A stretch of DNA of 63,960 bases, filler included, from Saprolegnia diclina VS20 (lineage: Eukaryota): the NCBI RefSeq assembly GCF_000281045.1. It is 4 parts of 2 records of this genome, joined end to end, with 100 filler letters (N's around TTAATTAATTAA, not from the genome) between each part and the next. Parts side by side here need not be neighbours in the genome. Positions count along the whole stretch, not along the records: positions 1 to 30,064 come from NW_008246097.1; 3 more parts are not named here. One strand, given 5' to 3'. The position numbers and the translations under genes were made by a program. Position 1 is the first letter of the stretch; each line of letters begins with the position of its first letter. The notes beneath the pieces were generated by a model, which was given only the letters and a program-made list of their open reading frames with translations, did not search any database and was not told where the DNA came from. Shown here one piece after another: positions 11,467 through 22,957 of the stretch.

Positions 11467-13527
11467 TCAATTTGGCTTGACGTTGGTGCGTCGCCCGTGG
11501 CGAACCGGTTTGGTGGGTGACGGTTGGATCGAGGACGGTTTGGCGGGCGACGTTTTCTTGAGCTCGGCAATGTACGCTGGGTTAAATATCGGCACGTAGA
11601 CCACCGGCGAATCGGTGCCCTGGGGCACGATCACTTGCTGCATGAGCTTGCTCCACGGGTAGACGCCACCGTCTTCCAGAATGTGCGCGGGGACACCCAG
11701 CGGGTTCTGTCTCGCGGCGTCCTTGGGCTCGAGCGGCGGCAGTGTCTTGTCCGGTTTGGTCGACGCTTCCTTTCGGCCTTCGGACGCCTTGTCGTCGGCA
11801 TTCGCTGGCTTGCGCTGTCGCGGTGCTTGTATTCGGGCCGTGGGCTTCTGCACTTTTACGCTGAGCCCTTTGATCCTATAAAACGGTGGTCTTACGACAG
11901 CGGCTCGCAGCTTGCGGGGGCTTTCGGGGGGTGCGTCAAGGTGGGAAACGCGCGATCGAGTTGGTCGAGCGTAGCTAGGGGATAACGCTTCGGGTTTCTT
12001 GTCTCCTTCGTCCAACGGGTCTTTGCTCTCGGGTAGAGGGGCGAGCTTGCGCGGGCTCTCTCTTCGTGGACTTGAGTGTCCGGCTTTTTTCGGGCTTGAG
12101 CGCGGTGTCGACGTCGTTGGAGAGGTTTGGTGCAGCTGCACATAGCTCGTGACGTCATTTACCACGGGTGGCGGCTTATTCGCTTGGCGCTGGCGCTGAA
12201 GAAGAGTGAGCTCTTCGATCTCCTTGACCACCTTCTCAATCTCCATGTCGTAGTGCTCTAAATCGTCGAGCAGCGTCGTTGTGAACACGGCTACTGGCGG
12301 CACCAGCATCGAACTTCCCGTGAGCTCTGGCTCGTTCCTACGCGAGCTCTATGGACGACATTCTCGATGAACTAGCACACCGAGATGCGGCTAGTACTGG
12401 TTCCGCAGACGGTGGGCTACCCCAGATAGACCTCAGAGAGATCGAGTGAAAAGCGTCTATAGCGTTATACCTTGTAGAATCTTGGTGCCGGGGGGCGGGC
12501 ACCACTTTCGGTACCGAATCAACGCTGGTAATAGCGCCCACGATAGCGCTATTGGGCGTTGGCGGTGGCACTTGGTAATATACAATAGGCTTTTTCACAA
12601 TAGCGTGCACCCGGCGCGGAGGTGCTTGTGTAACCCTACGCCATGTCATGAGCCAATCGCGCTGCGAAACGCAACTCGGCTACGGTGGCTCGTCTTGAAC
12701 AGAGGTGGGTCCTGGACCGTTCACGCACGACAGTTCTGTCGATGCAATTTCGTTGTCTGCGCTGCTTGTCGTCACATTGATTGGCGGTACATCGGTGTGA
12801 CCTCTTGGCTCTTCTAGTCGTGGCTCTTCTAGTTTTGGCTCTTCCTGTTGAGTTGTCGTTTCGGCGTCGCGGGTCGATGGGGAATGATCACTTGGTGGGT
12901 TGCTCTCGAAAGTGATGGCGGCGCCATCATCGTGGTCGTCGCTTAGAGTCGCCTGAAGAGGTGCAGGCTCGGTGGCCGTGGGTAACTGCTGTTCTGGCTC
13001 AAGAGACAAAGTGCAGTTCTCCTGGCTCATCGTTGACGACTCATGCTCGGTTGGAAATGGCTCAAAAGCGGTTCGTGGTCGTTCCATCAGGTCGTCATCG
13101 TCGTGGCTTCTTGCATCCTCCGGGGACTCGAACTGTGAAGAAGCCAACATGGTCTCTTCAATCTCGAGATCCTTCTCCGCACAAGCGTTGCTAGGCGAAA
13201 TGAACTGAGTTCGACAAATGACGTCGACGCGTCTACGTGGGTTCGGCGTGTGGCGCTACTCGGTGCGAGGGCTCGCGACGTTGTTTTGGGCTTGGAGAGG
13301 CCTTGGGTTTTGCTTTCTTTGGTTTGACCGCTTGCCTATGGCATCGTCAGCACGGCAACCTCATGCGTTGGTGTGTCACACCTGGCGCGAGTCTCAAGGG
13401 CGAGCTCTTCTTCGTACGTTCGGATCCGCATTGGCTCTTCGAGCGACCCTTCGCCATCATCGTCATCATTGTCACTGCCGTATGGCGCCATGTCCAGAAT
13501 CGACGTCGGCGGCGGATGCCTCGCCAT
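11467..13527 (-). CDS. Hypothetical low-complexity (Pro/Ser/Glu/Lys-rich) multi-exon protein
   Basis: Consecutive minus-strand ORFs 13336-13527, 12680-13150, 12338-12649 and 11467-12309 with short intron-like breaks; short coiled coil LEHYDMEIEKVVKEIEEL. Exon boundaries approximate. Confidence 0.6.
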
Positions 13528-13911
13528 CGTTTACTGCACCGTTTACGACTGAAACCGTTCTATATTAAACTTACTCTAAGCTCTTAGGGGCTTCCTATAA
13601 GCTCTTTGGGATAGCGCCATCTTTCTTTCAACGTGTAGTTTGAACCTATACGAGTAACAAAGCTTAGATACCCTGTCGACCAACTATTGTGCACTATGCA
13701 TTGTGCCAGCCAAAGTGCCTTGGGGCTCGGCGTCGGTGCTGCAGCCTCGGTTCGGCACACTTGTCGACAATGTAACTGGACCTCTATGAATAGATACCTC
13801 TCGATGTGAATGTTCTTGAATATCGAAGATAAGAGGTTTCGAATGGACCGTTTTTCGATATTTCCTCGTCCTGTCGGCAAGATACGTCATTGCCACATTC
13901 GCAGCTTCGAG

Positions 13912-14567
13912 ATGACCAAGGACGGCCCGCCGCTACTGCGCTCCAAGACCAAGGACCCGCTCGACAGCACATGGCACCGCCACATGGTAGGTGCGCTGCG
14001 TAGGCGGAAGAGGTCTGAGGCCATGAGCGTAGAAGGACGGCGACTGGGTCGCCGACGTGGCCGTCGCCGAGTGCATGGTGTGCAAGGACGAGTTTAGCTT
14101 CTGGAACCGAAAGCACCACTGCCGCCGGTGTGGCGCCGTCGTCTGCGACAGCTGCTCCAACAACCGCACGCCGCATATCCACCGGGTACGCGCCGCACAT
14201 GGCGAAGGCAACGTGCGATGCTCTGCGTGCGTAGGAGCTCGCACAAACGGCGGACGAGCACGCGCGCGTGTGCGACTTGTGCATCCAGGTTATTGACGAG
14301 AAGATTGCGCTTGGCTTGCACCAGCGGTTTGGCAAGAACGACAACAACTGGACGCCGGCGTACGAGGACGAAGAGCCTGAAGACACCAAGCCCGCGTACT
14401 CTGCGTACTATGTTCCGCCAAAGACGGAGCGCAACGGCCGCGCCGTTGTCACGATGGGTCGGTATCGGTACGAACTGAGTCCTTGCCTCCTGAGTCTTAC
14501 AATAATGCCTAGCGCCGAGATCAAGGAGAGCGAAGGCAACCGCTACATTCGAGACTGCGACCTCTAA
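13912..14567 (+). CDS. FYVE zinc-finger protein (introns 13987-14032, 14186-14234, possibly 14468-14512)
   Basis: Spliced product gives WVAD...CMVC...FSFWNRKHHCRRCGAVVCDSCS...RVCDLC, the complete FYVE signature. Confidence 0.9.
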
Positions 14568-14913
14568 GCCCGACCGCTCATGTTTATATACCTACAAATT
14601 CAAAGTCATTCTAGTGTATATCGCTCGGGTGGGCCCATCACTAGACTCGGCATTTTGCTCTTTCCCCAAGCGCTGCGAATCGGTTGCGATCTTCCGTCTA
14701 CTCCTAAATACTAGCTCCAAAAGCAGGCGTGCCATCCCTTCTCCACGCCACGGAGTGCCCTGTGTCAAGCTGATGGCGAGGCAAGGCGTCGGTGCTCGGC
14801 ATGTGTCAGCGCCAAGTCCACAGAAGCGACGACGTGTTGTGAGACGCCCTACTGCGATCTACTAGCACAGAGGTGTTGAGAAGAATGCTCTGTTGTTATA
14901 TGATGCGCGTAGC

Positions 14914-15684
14914 CTACTTGACAAAGTCGTACTGGGCGTAGCGGTCGCTGCGACGGCTGTACTGGCGCTGGGCAACAAACCCGCCCACTGCCACCACGAT
15001 GAGAGCTGCAAGGAGAAAGCCGTAGCTGCTGCTCGTCGTTGTCGAGTCGAGGACAGCGGCCGGCGACGCGCCGTCGACCGTGATCCAGCCGATGATGTGC
15101 TCCTTGCCGTACCACTTTTGGATTTCGTACGAGGTCGCGTTGCGCTGGACCTGGAGGCGGCGCGAGTAGAGGCGGCCCGTCGGCCAGATCGTGTCCTCGA
15201 CGTTCTGCTCGGCAATGTCGACGTGCGTGTCTGTGACGTTGACGACGACCGCGACGTGACCCGTCTCGGCCATCTCACCGTACGCGCTCCAGATCAAGAG
15301 CGAGCCGGGGCTCGGCGGTGTTGCGGCGCCGTTCGAGTGCTTGGTCACGGCCACGGCCGCCTTGGTCGTGACGCGCTCAAAGGCCGGCAAGTCGTAGATC
15401 TGGAAGGCGTAGTCGACATCGCCAAAGATGACGCCGTAGTTGATGTACAAGTACCGGCGAGCGAGCTCGACACACTGCCAGCGCACGCCCGTGTAGACGC
15501 CATCGACGTAGTTGGGGTCCATGTCGAGCGCCTCTTCGCCCGGCGGCAGGTTGCAGGAGTAGACTTCGACGCCGCCATCCGTGACGCCAAGGCGTGTGCC
15601 AAAGGGCGCGGGCAACTGCGCGGCCTCGAGTGCGATCGCAATCGCGGTCAGCAGCAGGACGAGGAGGGACCGCAGCATGGTCAT
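14914..15684 (-). CDS. Secreted, C-terminally TM-anchored CHAP-domain amidase (glutathionylspermidine-amidase-like)
   Basis: Signal peptide MLRSLLVLLLTAIAIALEA; APFGT.LG, WQCVELARRYL (Cys), GHVAVV (His), AEQNV; TM YGFLLAALIVVAVGGFVA. Intronless, with no synthetase domain. Confidence 0.9.
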   Translation of the reverse strand: MTMLRSLLVLLLTAIAIALEAAQLPAPFGTRLGVTDGGVEVYSCNLPPGEEALDMDPNYVDGVYTGVRWQCVELARRYLYINYGVIFGDVDYAFQIYDLPAFERVTTKAAVAVTKHSNGAATPPSPGSLLIWSAYGEMAETGHVAVVVNVTDTHVDIAEQNVEDTIWPTGRLYSRRLQVQRNATSYEIQKWYGKEHIIGWITVDGASPAAVLDSTTTSSSYGFLLAALIVVAVGGFVAQRQYSRRSDRYAQYDFVK

Positions 15685-17055
15685 CGTTGTGGGGATCTGA
15701 AACCAAAATGAATTCCGGCTTTTGAGCCATCTCATTTAATTCCTCAGGCAAAATAAACTTGAAAAATGTATGCAATCAGATGGACCGGCATTGTATTTAA
15801 TAGGATTCTGTGATTGGAGAATATTAGGCATCCCCACGCACCTGATTGGCTGATATGGAGCGTGCTGACACGCGAATTCTTGCGACCTCGGAAGATCGCG
15901 CAGCCTCCCCTGGAGTCCTGGAACAGTCCTGATTGCTCGGCCTAGTAGACGGCCTGATAGCTAATGTAGAGTTATAAGAATAGCTAGTCTTTTTCATGTG
16001 AGCTATGATGAACGATAGCTAGCAGCGCCCGGCCAAGGCCTTGAGCTCAACATCTCGCTGAAGACACTTGGTTTCCACAGAAAACTTTGCGTCTCATTGC
16101 CAGGAAAAGGGGCACGGGTGCAACAACAAGAGAAGCCGAGACAGTGGTTTTGTCGACATCGTGATGTTTCTCAGTTTAGACTCTGGTGTGAATCGAGGTC
16201 GAGAACTGCAGCTCTCGTAGGCCGTCGCAAGACGAGAGAGTTACGATACGTTCTTCCATTGATAATGACTGACTGCCAATCGTCCGACTAGAGTCGCTCC
16301 TCGCGAACGAAACAATAAGCGACGAGTACTTTGAGTGTGCATGGGGATGAACAGCGGTCGAGCTTTGCAGGTGTGAATACATCTACCATGCGCAGGATCA
16401 CGTGAAAACGAGTTGCATGATGGTCCTCAAGGCTGGCACGAGTGGTATATACCTCATCCGGAAGCACCTTGTGAACCGTGCCTACAGGTGAAACGCCGGC
16501 GACGAAACCGCCACCACCTCACCACGCTGTTTACGCTACAGCGCGGTGCAAGTTGAAGTTGCCCACTGATAGGGAAGATACATGGGGAAGGAAGTTGGGA
16601 CGAAATTCGAAAGATCGTTTTTCGAAGTACCGTACATTTTAGCTTGAACCTCGCAATGATCAACGGCTCCAGGCGAGGCGTCGGAGGTCGAAGCGAGCAA
16701 CCAAGTCGGCACGAGATCTTCTGCTTGAATGGACACTTCGACGAGTCCGCGCGCTTCTGATCGGGACACGGCGGCCTGCATTCTTGGGCGTAGCGCAGTC
16801 AAGAAGGTCCTTCAACAAGACACTCACATTGGCCTTCCCGCGGTGCTGGTCCAGTGATGTCAATGGATCCTGTGCATGACGTGACGCACCAAAGGGGCCC
16901 TTGATTGGCTTCTTCGATCCTCGTCCCGTGATGCGAACCGCCGCGAACATCGAGAACCCCCCGATTGCGTTAGATGCGTTTTATAGTCTTTTGACCGATA
17001 GGTTATATGGGTGTGATCACACGCCGTCCAGCAACCATGGCGTTTGAAATCGAGC

Positions 17056-17181
17056 GACTTTACTCATCCAGCATCAGGGGTACATAATAATTTACCCCTG
17101 TCCAGCATCGCCATCGAGGACTTTACTCATCCAGCATCAGAGGTACATAATAGTTTACCCCTGTCCAGCATCGCCATCGAG
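17056..17181. repeat. 63-bp direct tandem duplication, each unit with an internal hairpin
   Basis: 17056-17118 vs 17119-17181 differ at 2 positions. Unit 1 contains CAGGGGTA-N10-TACCCCTG. Confidence 0.9.
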
Positions 17182-17689
17182 TCCCAAGAACCAGAGGCCG
17201 GCGTCTCCAAGAGAGTTTAACCACCGACTGCTGAAACGTGTCAGCGCTGGACAAGTCATAGGGCCACGGGTCGCCCACAATATACACGCCATCGTCGCAC
17301 GTAATACTATTAGCTCCGCATCTCCGCAAGGGCGCTTGGCGTTTGCGCTCCCGCGGCTCGACGACCCCAGGTAGCATCCGGTTCGACTAAAACCTATTTC
17401 ACGCGCATTACGTTTTAGTCGCACCTGCCAAATGTTCGTGCTCGCGCGTGATTGGTCGTTTGATTGCGCGAAATATTAATTTCTGCCGCGCAAATCGCCT
17501 GACATATATCTTGCGCTTTGTATGCCGCATCATGTATTAAAATGAAAAGCGAGATGATGGTATTTAAATGGCGCCAACACACGATTACGAATGATGCCAA
17601 GGGCAAAGTCGCACGCATCTTCAACTACCAAGTGCAAACTCCAAAACTCCTCTCACAACTCAAATTAGTTCTTCCCACTACGATCTATA

Positions 17690-18644
17690 ATGACCTACAC
17701 CTTGGCCGAGTCGTCGTTCGAGTCCAAGCGCGGCGTGACCATCTACACGCGCGAGTACATCCCGACGTCCGAGGACTTCAGCACGGTCTTCCTCTTCCTT
17801 CACGGCGTCGGCGAGCACTGCAGTCGCTTCCACACGTTCTTTGAGCACCTCGTGAACCAGCCCATGGCTGTCTTTGCGATGGACCACCACGGGCACGGCA
17901 AGAGCGGCGGCGACCGCTTCGACATTGACCGCTTCGAGTCGTTCACGGACGACATCCATCAGTACACGTCTGTGATCCGCGCGCGCTTCCAGAACAAGTA
18001 CGTAGTCTTATTGACAAAGTCGTATTCTTAGTGTATGGCGTGTAGGGCGGTCAAGTTTGTCGTCGGTGGCATTTCGTTTGGCGGTCTTCTTGCGGCCAGC
18101 GTCGCGACATTGAACGAGCATGTCTACGACGGCGTCCTCTTGCTGGCCCCGGCGATCGGCATTGAAATGAGCGGCGTCCTCAAGGTGCAGCAGTCCATGG
18201 CGCCGCTCATCAACAAGCTTGTGCCCAAGTGGAAGCTCGTGCCCGCCGTCATCCTCGAGCGTATACTTCTTTCTGTCGCGCTGAACGTGGAGCTTACAGT
18301 CGTTGGTCGATCTAGATTTATCGCGCAACGCCGACTTTGTCAAGGACTATGACAATGACGAGCTCAACAGTCATGGCAACCTCCGCGTGCGCCTCGCGTT
18401 TGAGATTTCGCGCGGCATGGAGATGCTCAAGGCGCGCGAAGCCGCGATGACGGCGCCGCTGCTCGTGCTCCACGGCGACAAGGACGTGGTCACGAGTCCT
18501 CGCCTTTCCAGAGAGTTCTTCGACCGCGTCCCGTCGACGAAGAAGACGTACACGAGCCTCCCGGGCCAATTCCACTGCATCATCAACGAACCCGAGCGCG
18601 AATCCAACCTTGCGCTCATGACCGATTGGATCCAGCAATTGTAA
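17690..18644 (+). CDS. Monoglyceride lipase/lysophospholipase-like alpha/beta hydrolase (introns 17998-18045, 18261-18315)
   Basis: HGVGEH, DHHGHGKSGG, nucleophile elbow GISFGG, HGDKD, and HCIINEPE. Both GT-AG introns restore the frame. Confidence 0.92.
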
Positions 18645-19755
18645 AATAATCCATTTAAGCTAGTGAAGAACATTGTGTCGCACTGTCGACAGACTATGTA
18701 TAGGGGTAGAGGGCCCTAGTCGCCTTGGTATGCGCACCAGTACGAGCATGGGAAGCTGCGGCTCCGAGTAAGCTTAGCTTGGATTCGCTTGGCTCGAGCT
18801 GTTCGATGTGGCGTGGTGGTCAAAATTGCCTTATCCAAGTACATCGGTCCACGGCCCGCGTTGCCGATTAGATGGTGACGTCGTGTGATTGGTCTGTTTT
18901 ATTGTCGCACATCGACAAAGCTCTGGGATTGGCTGCATTTGAGTACCATGTGGTGGAAAGGCAGCAGCTGCACCGCTTGTACTCGTTCAAGGGAATGCGC
19001 TGTAGTACCGGCACTCGCAGGCGCGACGTCGCCCGTGGCCGACAGTCGACCGAGCGATCGAAGCCAACTCTTGCAAGAACACTAGACTGGTCTCTGTTTG
19101 GCTTCTTCTTGCAGCGCGCATCGCCGACTCGGGCTTTAGACCTTGACGTTGCGACATGTGAGGAGCAGATGACCGGTCCATGTCATTCGGTGAGTTGATG
19201 GTTCTCGACGCCGTGTGCAAAGCTTGATCTCAGTTGCGCGCACAGAACTGCACGCAGAGACGCAACACCACAATGTACCGGCGACCGCAGTCACTACAAT
19301 CCAGCGGCACCAGAAGAGAAGACTCGGGCGCTTGTCCGGGGTCGTCGTTCTGAGCCCGTTCTGAGCTGCGGGTTGAACGACAAGCCAAGTGTGCACTGTC
19401 CACCTCCGCGATCACCGTGCTTGCCAGCGACACCTTCGGAGCTCTTCGTCTTGCTGCTTCGCTGGGCAAGCGATTATCTGGACGATCACGAGGCGTTGAG
19501 GCTCAACGTTTCCTAGCCTGTTGGTATAGAGAAGCGGTGGACCGACGAGGTGATTCGCTTCAACAAAGGGCCGCGGCTGGGACAAACCTGCTCAAAATCC
19601 CAAGTCGACCACCCGTTCTTATCCGGCCGTGTCATCCGGATAATCCAAATACAATGTCGTTACACTTGGTGTTTGTATGGTGCAAAAAAACATGGGTAAA
19701 AAAAGGTGGTATCTTGTGAGCTGGCAGCCGAACTGACTGACTTTGCATTTTGCAC

Positions 19756-22228
19756 ATGGCGCCGTCAATCAAGTCGCGCGAGCCGATCTCGCTCGAGCGA
19801 GCGCAGGAAGAGGACATCAAGCAGCTCGAGATGCGGCTCTTGACGACCGAGCAGGACGCGTGGGCGTGGTACCGCGTCATCTGCCAGTTCCGCTTCTCGT
19901 ACCTTTCGTTTTTGGTGCTCATGGTCATCGTCATGTTCTCCTTCTCGGTGCTCATGGAAGTCTTCTTCTCGGTGTTTCTGCCGTCGGCGCAGGCCGCGCC
20001 CGGCTTCATCTTGCGCTCGCTCTTCATGCTCGGCGCGCTCCCGATTCTCATCATCCTCCTCTCGTACGTCTTTGAAGAGTCGACGCGGCTCTTCCGCGAC
20101 GCGCTCGACAGCAGCGAGGGCAGCTTGCCCAACTTTCGCCTCTCGCTGGCCGTCGTCATCCACTACATCCGCCACTACCGAGAGATGCCCCTCGACGACG
20201 TCCCGCGCCACATCACGTACGACCCGTACTCGGAGGACAAGCCGCTCGTCGACGACACGATCCACGAGAAGGAGCAGAAGGAGCTCGTGCACCGCCAGAT
20301 GCGGCCGGTTCGCCGCTGGCAGTTTGCGATCCGCAGCGTGATTCGCGCCAACCGCGCGGCCGTCGTCTTTGGCACGACGCAGTACAACGGCCCGCCGATC
20401 GACTACTCGACTTTTGTGCTTGTGGACTTCATTTGCCCGATCTTGTTTGAGATCGTGACGGCCACGGCGGCGCTCGTCGTGCTCTGTACGTCGTCTTGAT
20501 ACTATCTTGATACTTAGATGTTTCTGTCTAGTCGACACGTTTAGCATCAGCGACGCGTTTTACCGCTACCTCCGCGTCGGCTTTTACACCATGGGCTTCT
20601 ACCTCGCGCTCTGGATGGGTAATGTTGCTGCATGTTTCGAGATATCAAGTGCTCACGACAGCGTGTAGTGTGCCACTACTGGAGCAGCCGCAACGCCCGC
20701 ATGCGCGAGCTTGTCGCCAACTACCACCGCACGCGCCGTGAGCTCGAGAAGAAGATCCAGGCCATCGTGCACGAAGAGACGTTCAAGAGCTTTTGGCTGC
20801 TCGACCTCGGCTTCCGCTTCGTGCTGAGCTTCCGCAACCTCGTCGACCGCGCGACCGCGTGCATTGCGCCGGCCTGGTCGTGCTGCTGCAAGTCCAAGCG
20901 CGACGACTACATCAACATTGACGCCGCCGCGGTGACGCCGGTCGCGGGCGACGAGCCCAAGACCGAGACGCTCAGCAGCAAGGCGCTGGCGCTGCGCGAG
21001 CGCATCATGCACCCGTGGCGCAAGCTGACGCTCGATCAGCGCCTCCTCGTGCTCATCCCGTGCTTGATTCTCTCGGCGTACCTCTCGCTCGCCGTCTTCT
21101 TCCTCGGGTGGCCCATCATGGGCTTTTTCCTCGTCGTCGGCACGTCGACGATCCAGCGCCGCTGGCCGCAGATCTTTGGCAATGCGTTCCGCCACTTTGT
21201 CATTTCGTTTGTACTTGTCTCGTTCGTCTTCTTCTCGATGGCGTTCGTCGTCGGCACGTTCGTGACGGGCGGCGACTTTCACATTGAGCCGCCCAACGAC
21301 AACGTCGTCCAGTACACGCCGCTCAAGCACTGGGGCGACATCCCGCGGTACCCGATCTGCGACCTCAAGAAGAGCGGGCTCAACATCATCGACTTCATCT
21401 TGATCGCGGATGCTGCGTATGGCTCCAACACGTCGCTGCAGATCGACATGCTGCACAAGCGCTTCGACAAGACAGCGCTCTCGAACTGGAACTTCACCGA
21501 CTTCTCGGACAAGAACTCGGACCACCAGTGCTGGTTCCAGGTCGACTTTCTCGATGTGAACGCGACCGTGGTCGCGATCCGCGGGACGGCGTCGGCCGCC
21601 GACGCGCTGGAGGACATGCACTACTGGTTCGGCATCACGATCATGCAGTTCGCCAACGTCTTCATCCCGTTCTTGAACCAGCTGCCGCTCGACTTTGTCG
21701 TCCAGCTCCTCTCGATGAACATGCTCGAGCGGTTCACGCCCGAGCCGGTCTATATGCCCGTGCTCCGCAAGGTCCAGGCGCTCAAGGCCGCGGGGAAGAA
21801 CGTCATCCTCACGGGCCACTCGCTCGGTGGTGCGATGGCGGCGATGGTCGGCGCGGCCACCAAGTCGCCGGCGGTAGGATGGAGCCATGACGTCGGCCGT
21901 CGCCTCATGATGTTTGTAGATTTCGTTTTCGGGTCCCGGCCTCGTCTTTAGCCGCGGTCGCTTCCACATCAACGAAGAGGACGTCCGCGACTACGTCGTG
22001 ACCATCAAGCCCCAGAACGACATTGTCCCCCGCGTCGACGTCCTTGGCGGCCTCGTCCAGGACATTGAGTGCCGCAAGAACAACCCGCTCTTCTGCCACG
22101 GCTCGTCGACGCATGCGTGCGAGCTCTACATGACGTGCGGCGACAAGCGCGGGCGCGACTGGTCCCAGGCCAAGCAGTGCATCCCGTACGTGCAGAACCC
22201 GACGGCGTCGGGCCGCACCGATTTGTAA
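19756..22228 (+). CDS. Multi-TM protein with a C-terminal class-3 lipase domain (introns ~20486-20531, ~20619-20667, ~21874-21919)
   Basis: Several hydrophobic segments, then VVAIRGT..D, TGHSLGG, ISFSGPG, DIVPRVD and CH. Confidence 0.88.
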
Positions 22229-22279
22229 GCGGAAAGCGAATCGCTACATAGCATAATACGAGTGTTCCATTCGGTTGAC

Positions 22280-22710
22280 TTAGCCGTTGCCGGCTGCCGA
22301 GACGCGCGGAACGTCGTGGTGCTCGGTGAGGTTGCCGAGGTACGTCGAGTACTCTTCGACGCGCTCGCGGTACGTCTTGGACGCTTGCTTGCGGATATCT
22401 TCCTCTTCCTACATACATGCATCGCATCATGAGCCTGCCGAGGATGCAAGATGCTGCGTACGCGCTTGGACTTGAACTTGGCATGCTTCTTCTGCGCCTC
22501 CGTCATGCTACCCATCGGGACGAGGACGACGTCGTCGTCGACCCGAACCTTCTTGGACGTCGACTTCTTCGCAGCTACCTCTCCATCCTCGCCGTCTTCA
22601 TGCTGCTTGCGGCTCGTCTTCTTCGCCTTCTTCGCCTTCTTCGCCTTGACCGGGATCCCCTTGGCCTTGAGGCTGAGCTTCCCGCCCATGATGTTCCGGT
22701 ACCCGTCCAT
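22280..22710 (-). CDS. FAM32A-like (DUF1754) small Lys-rich nuclear protein; intron 22409-22461
   Basis: GGKLSLKAKG...KKAKK, MTEAQKK, KQASKTYRERVEEYSTYLGNLTEHHDVPRV. Confidence 0.85.
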
Positions 22711-22957
22711 CTTGGAAACTGAATAGTTCTGCGGGTTCGAGAAACCCTTTCATATCTAATATATCACAAAGAGGGAGTTACCCGTAACCGCTACACAGGA
22801 CAGCAAGGGGCTTTATTCAAAACAACTCCCCAACTGTTGTTTCTAGGGAAATAGCATTGTTTCATATACTAGAACGAGTAAATCTCTCAATGCAATTGCC
22901 TTGCTTAAGAATATGTTGCATCTATTTAAGGGAGTACTCCACTTTGCCATGATCGAC

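Noticed and set aside
15800..17050. Possible transposon relic in the long intergenic region
   Set aside because: No transposase/RT motifs, TIRs or LTRs could be identified.
17056..17181. Hairpin-containing repeat, and the 39567 and 59670 repeats, as CRISPR-like arrays
   Set aside because: Only 2-3 abutting units, no unique spacers, no cas genes, and a eukaryotic context.
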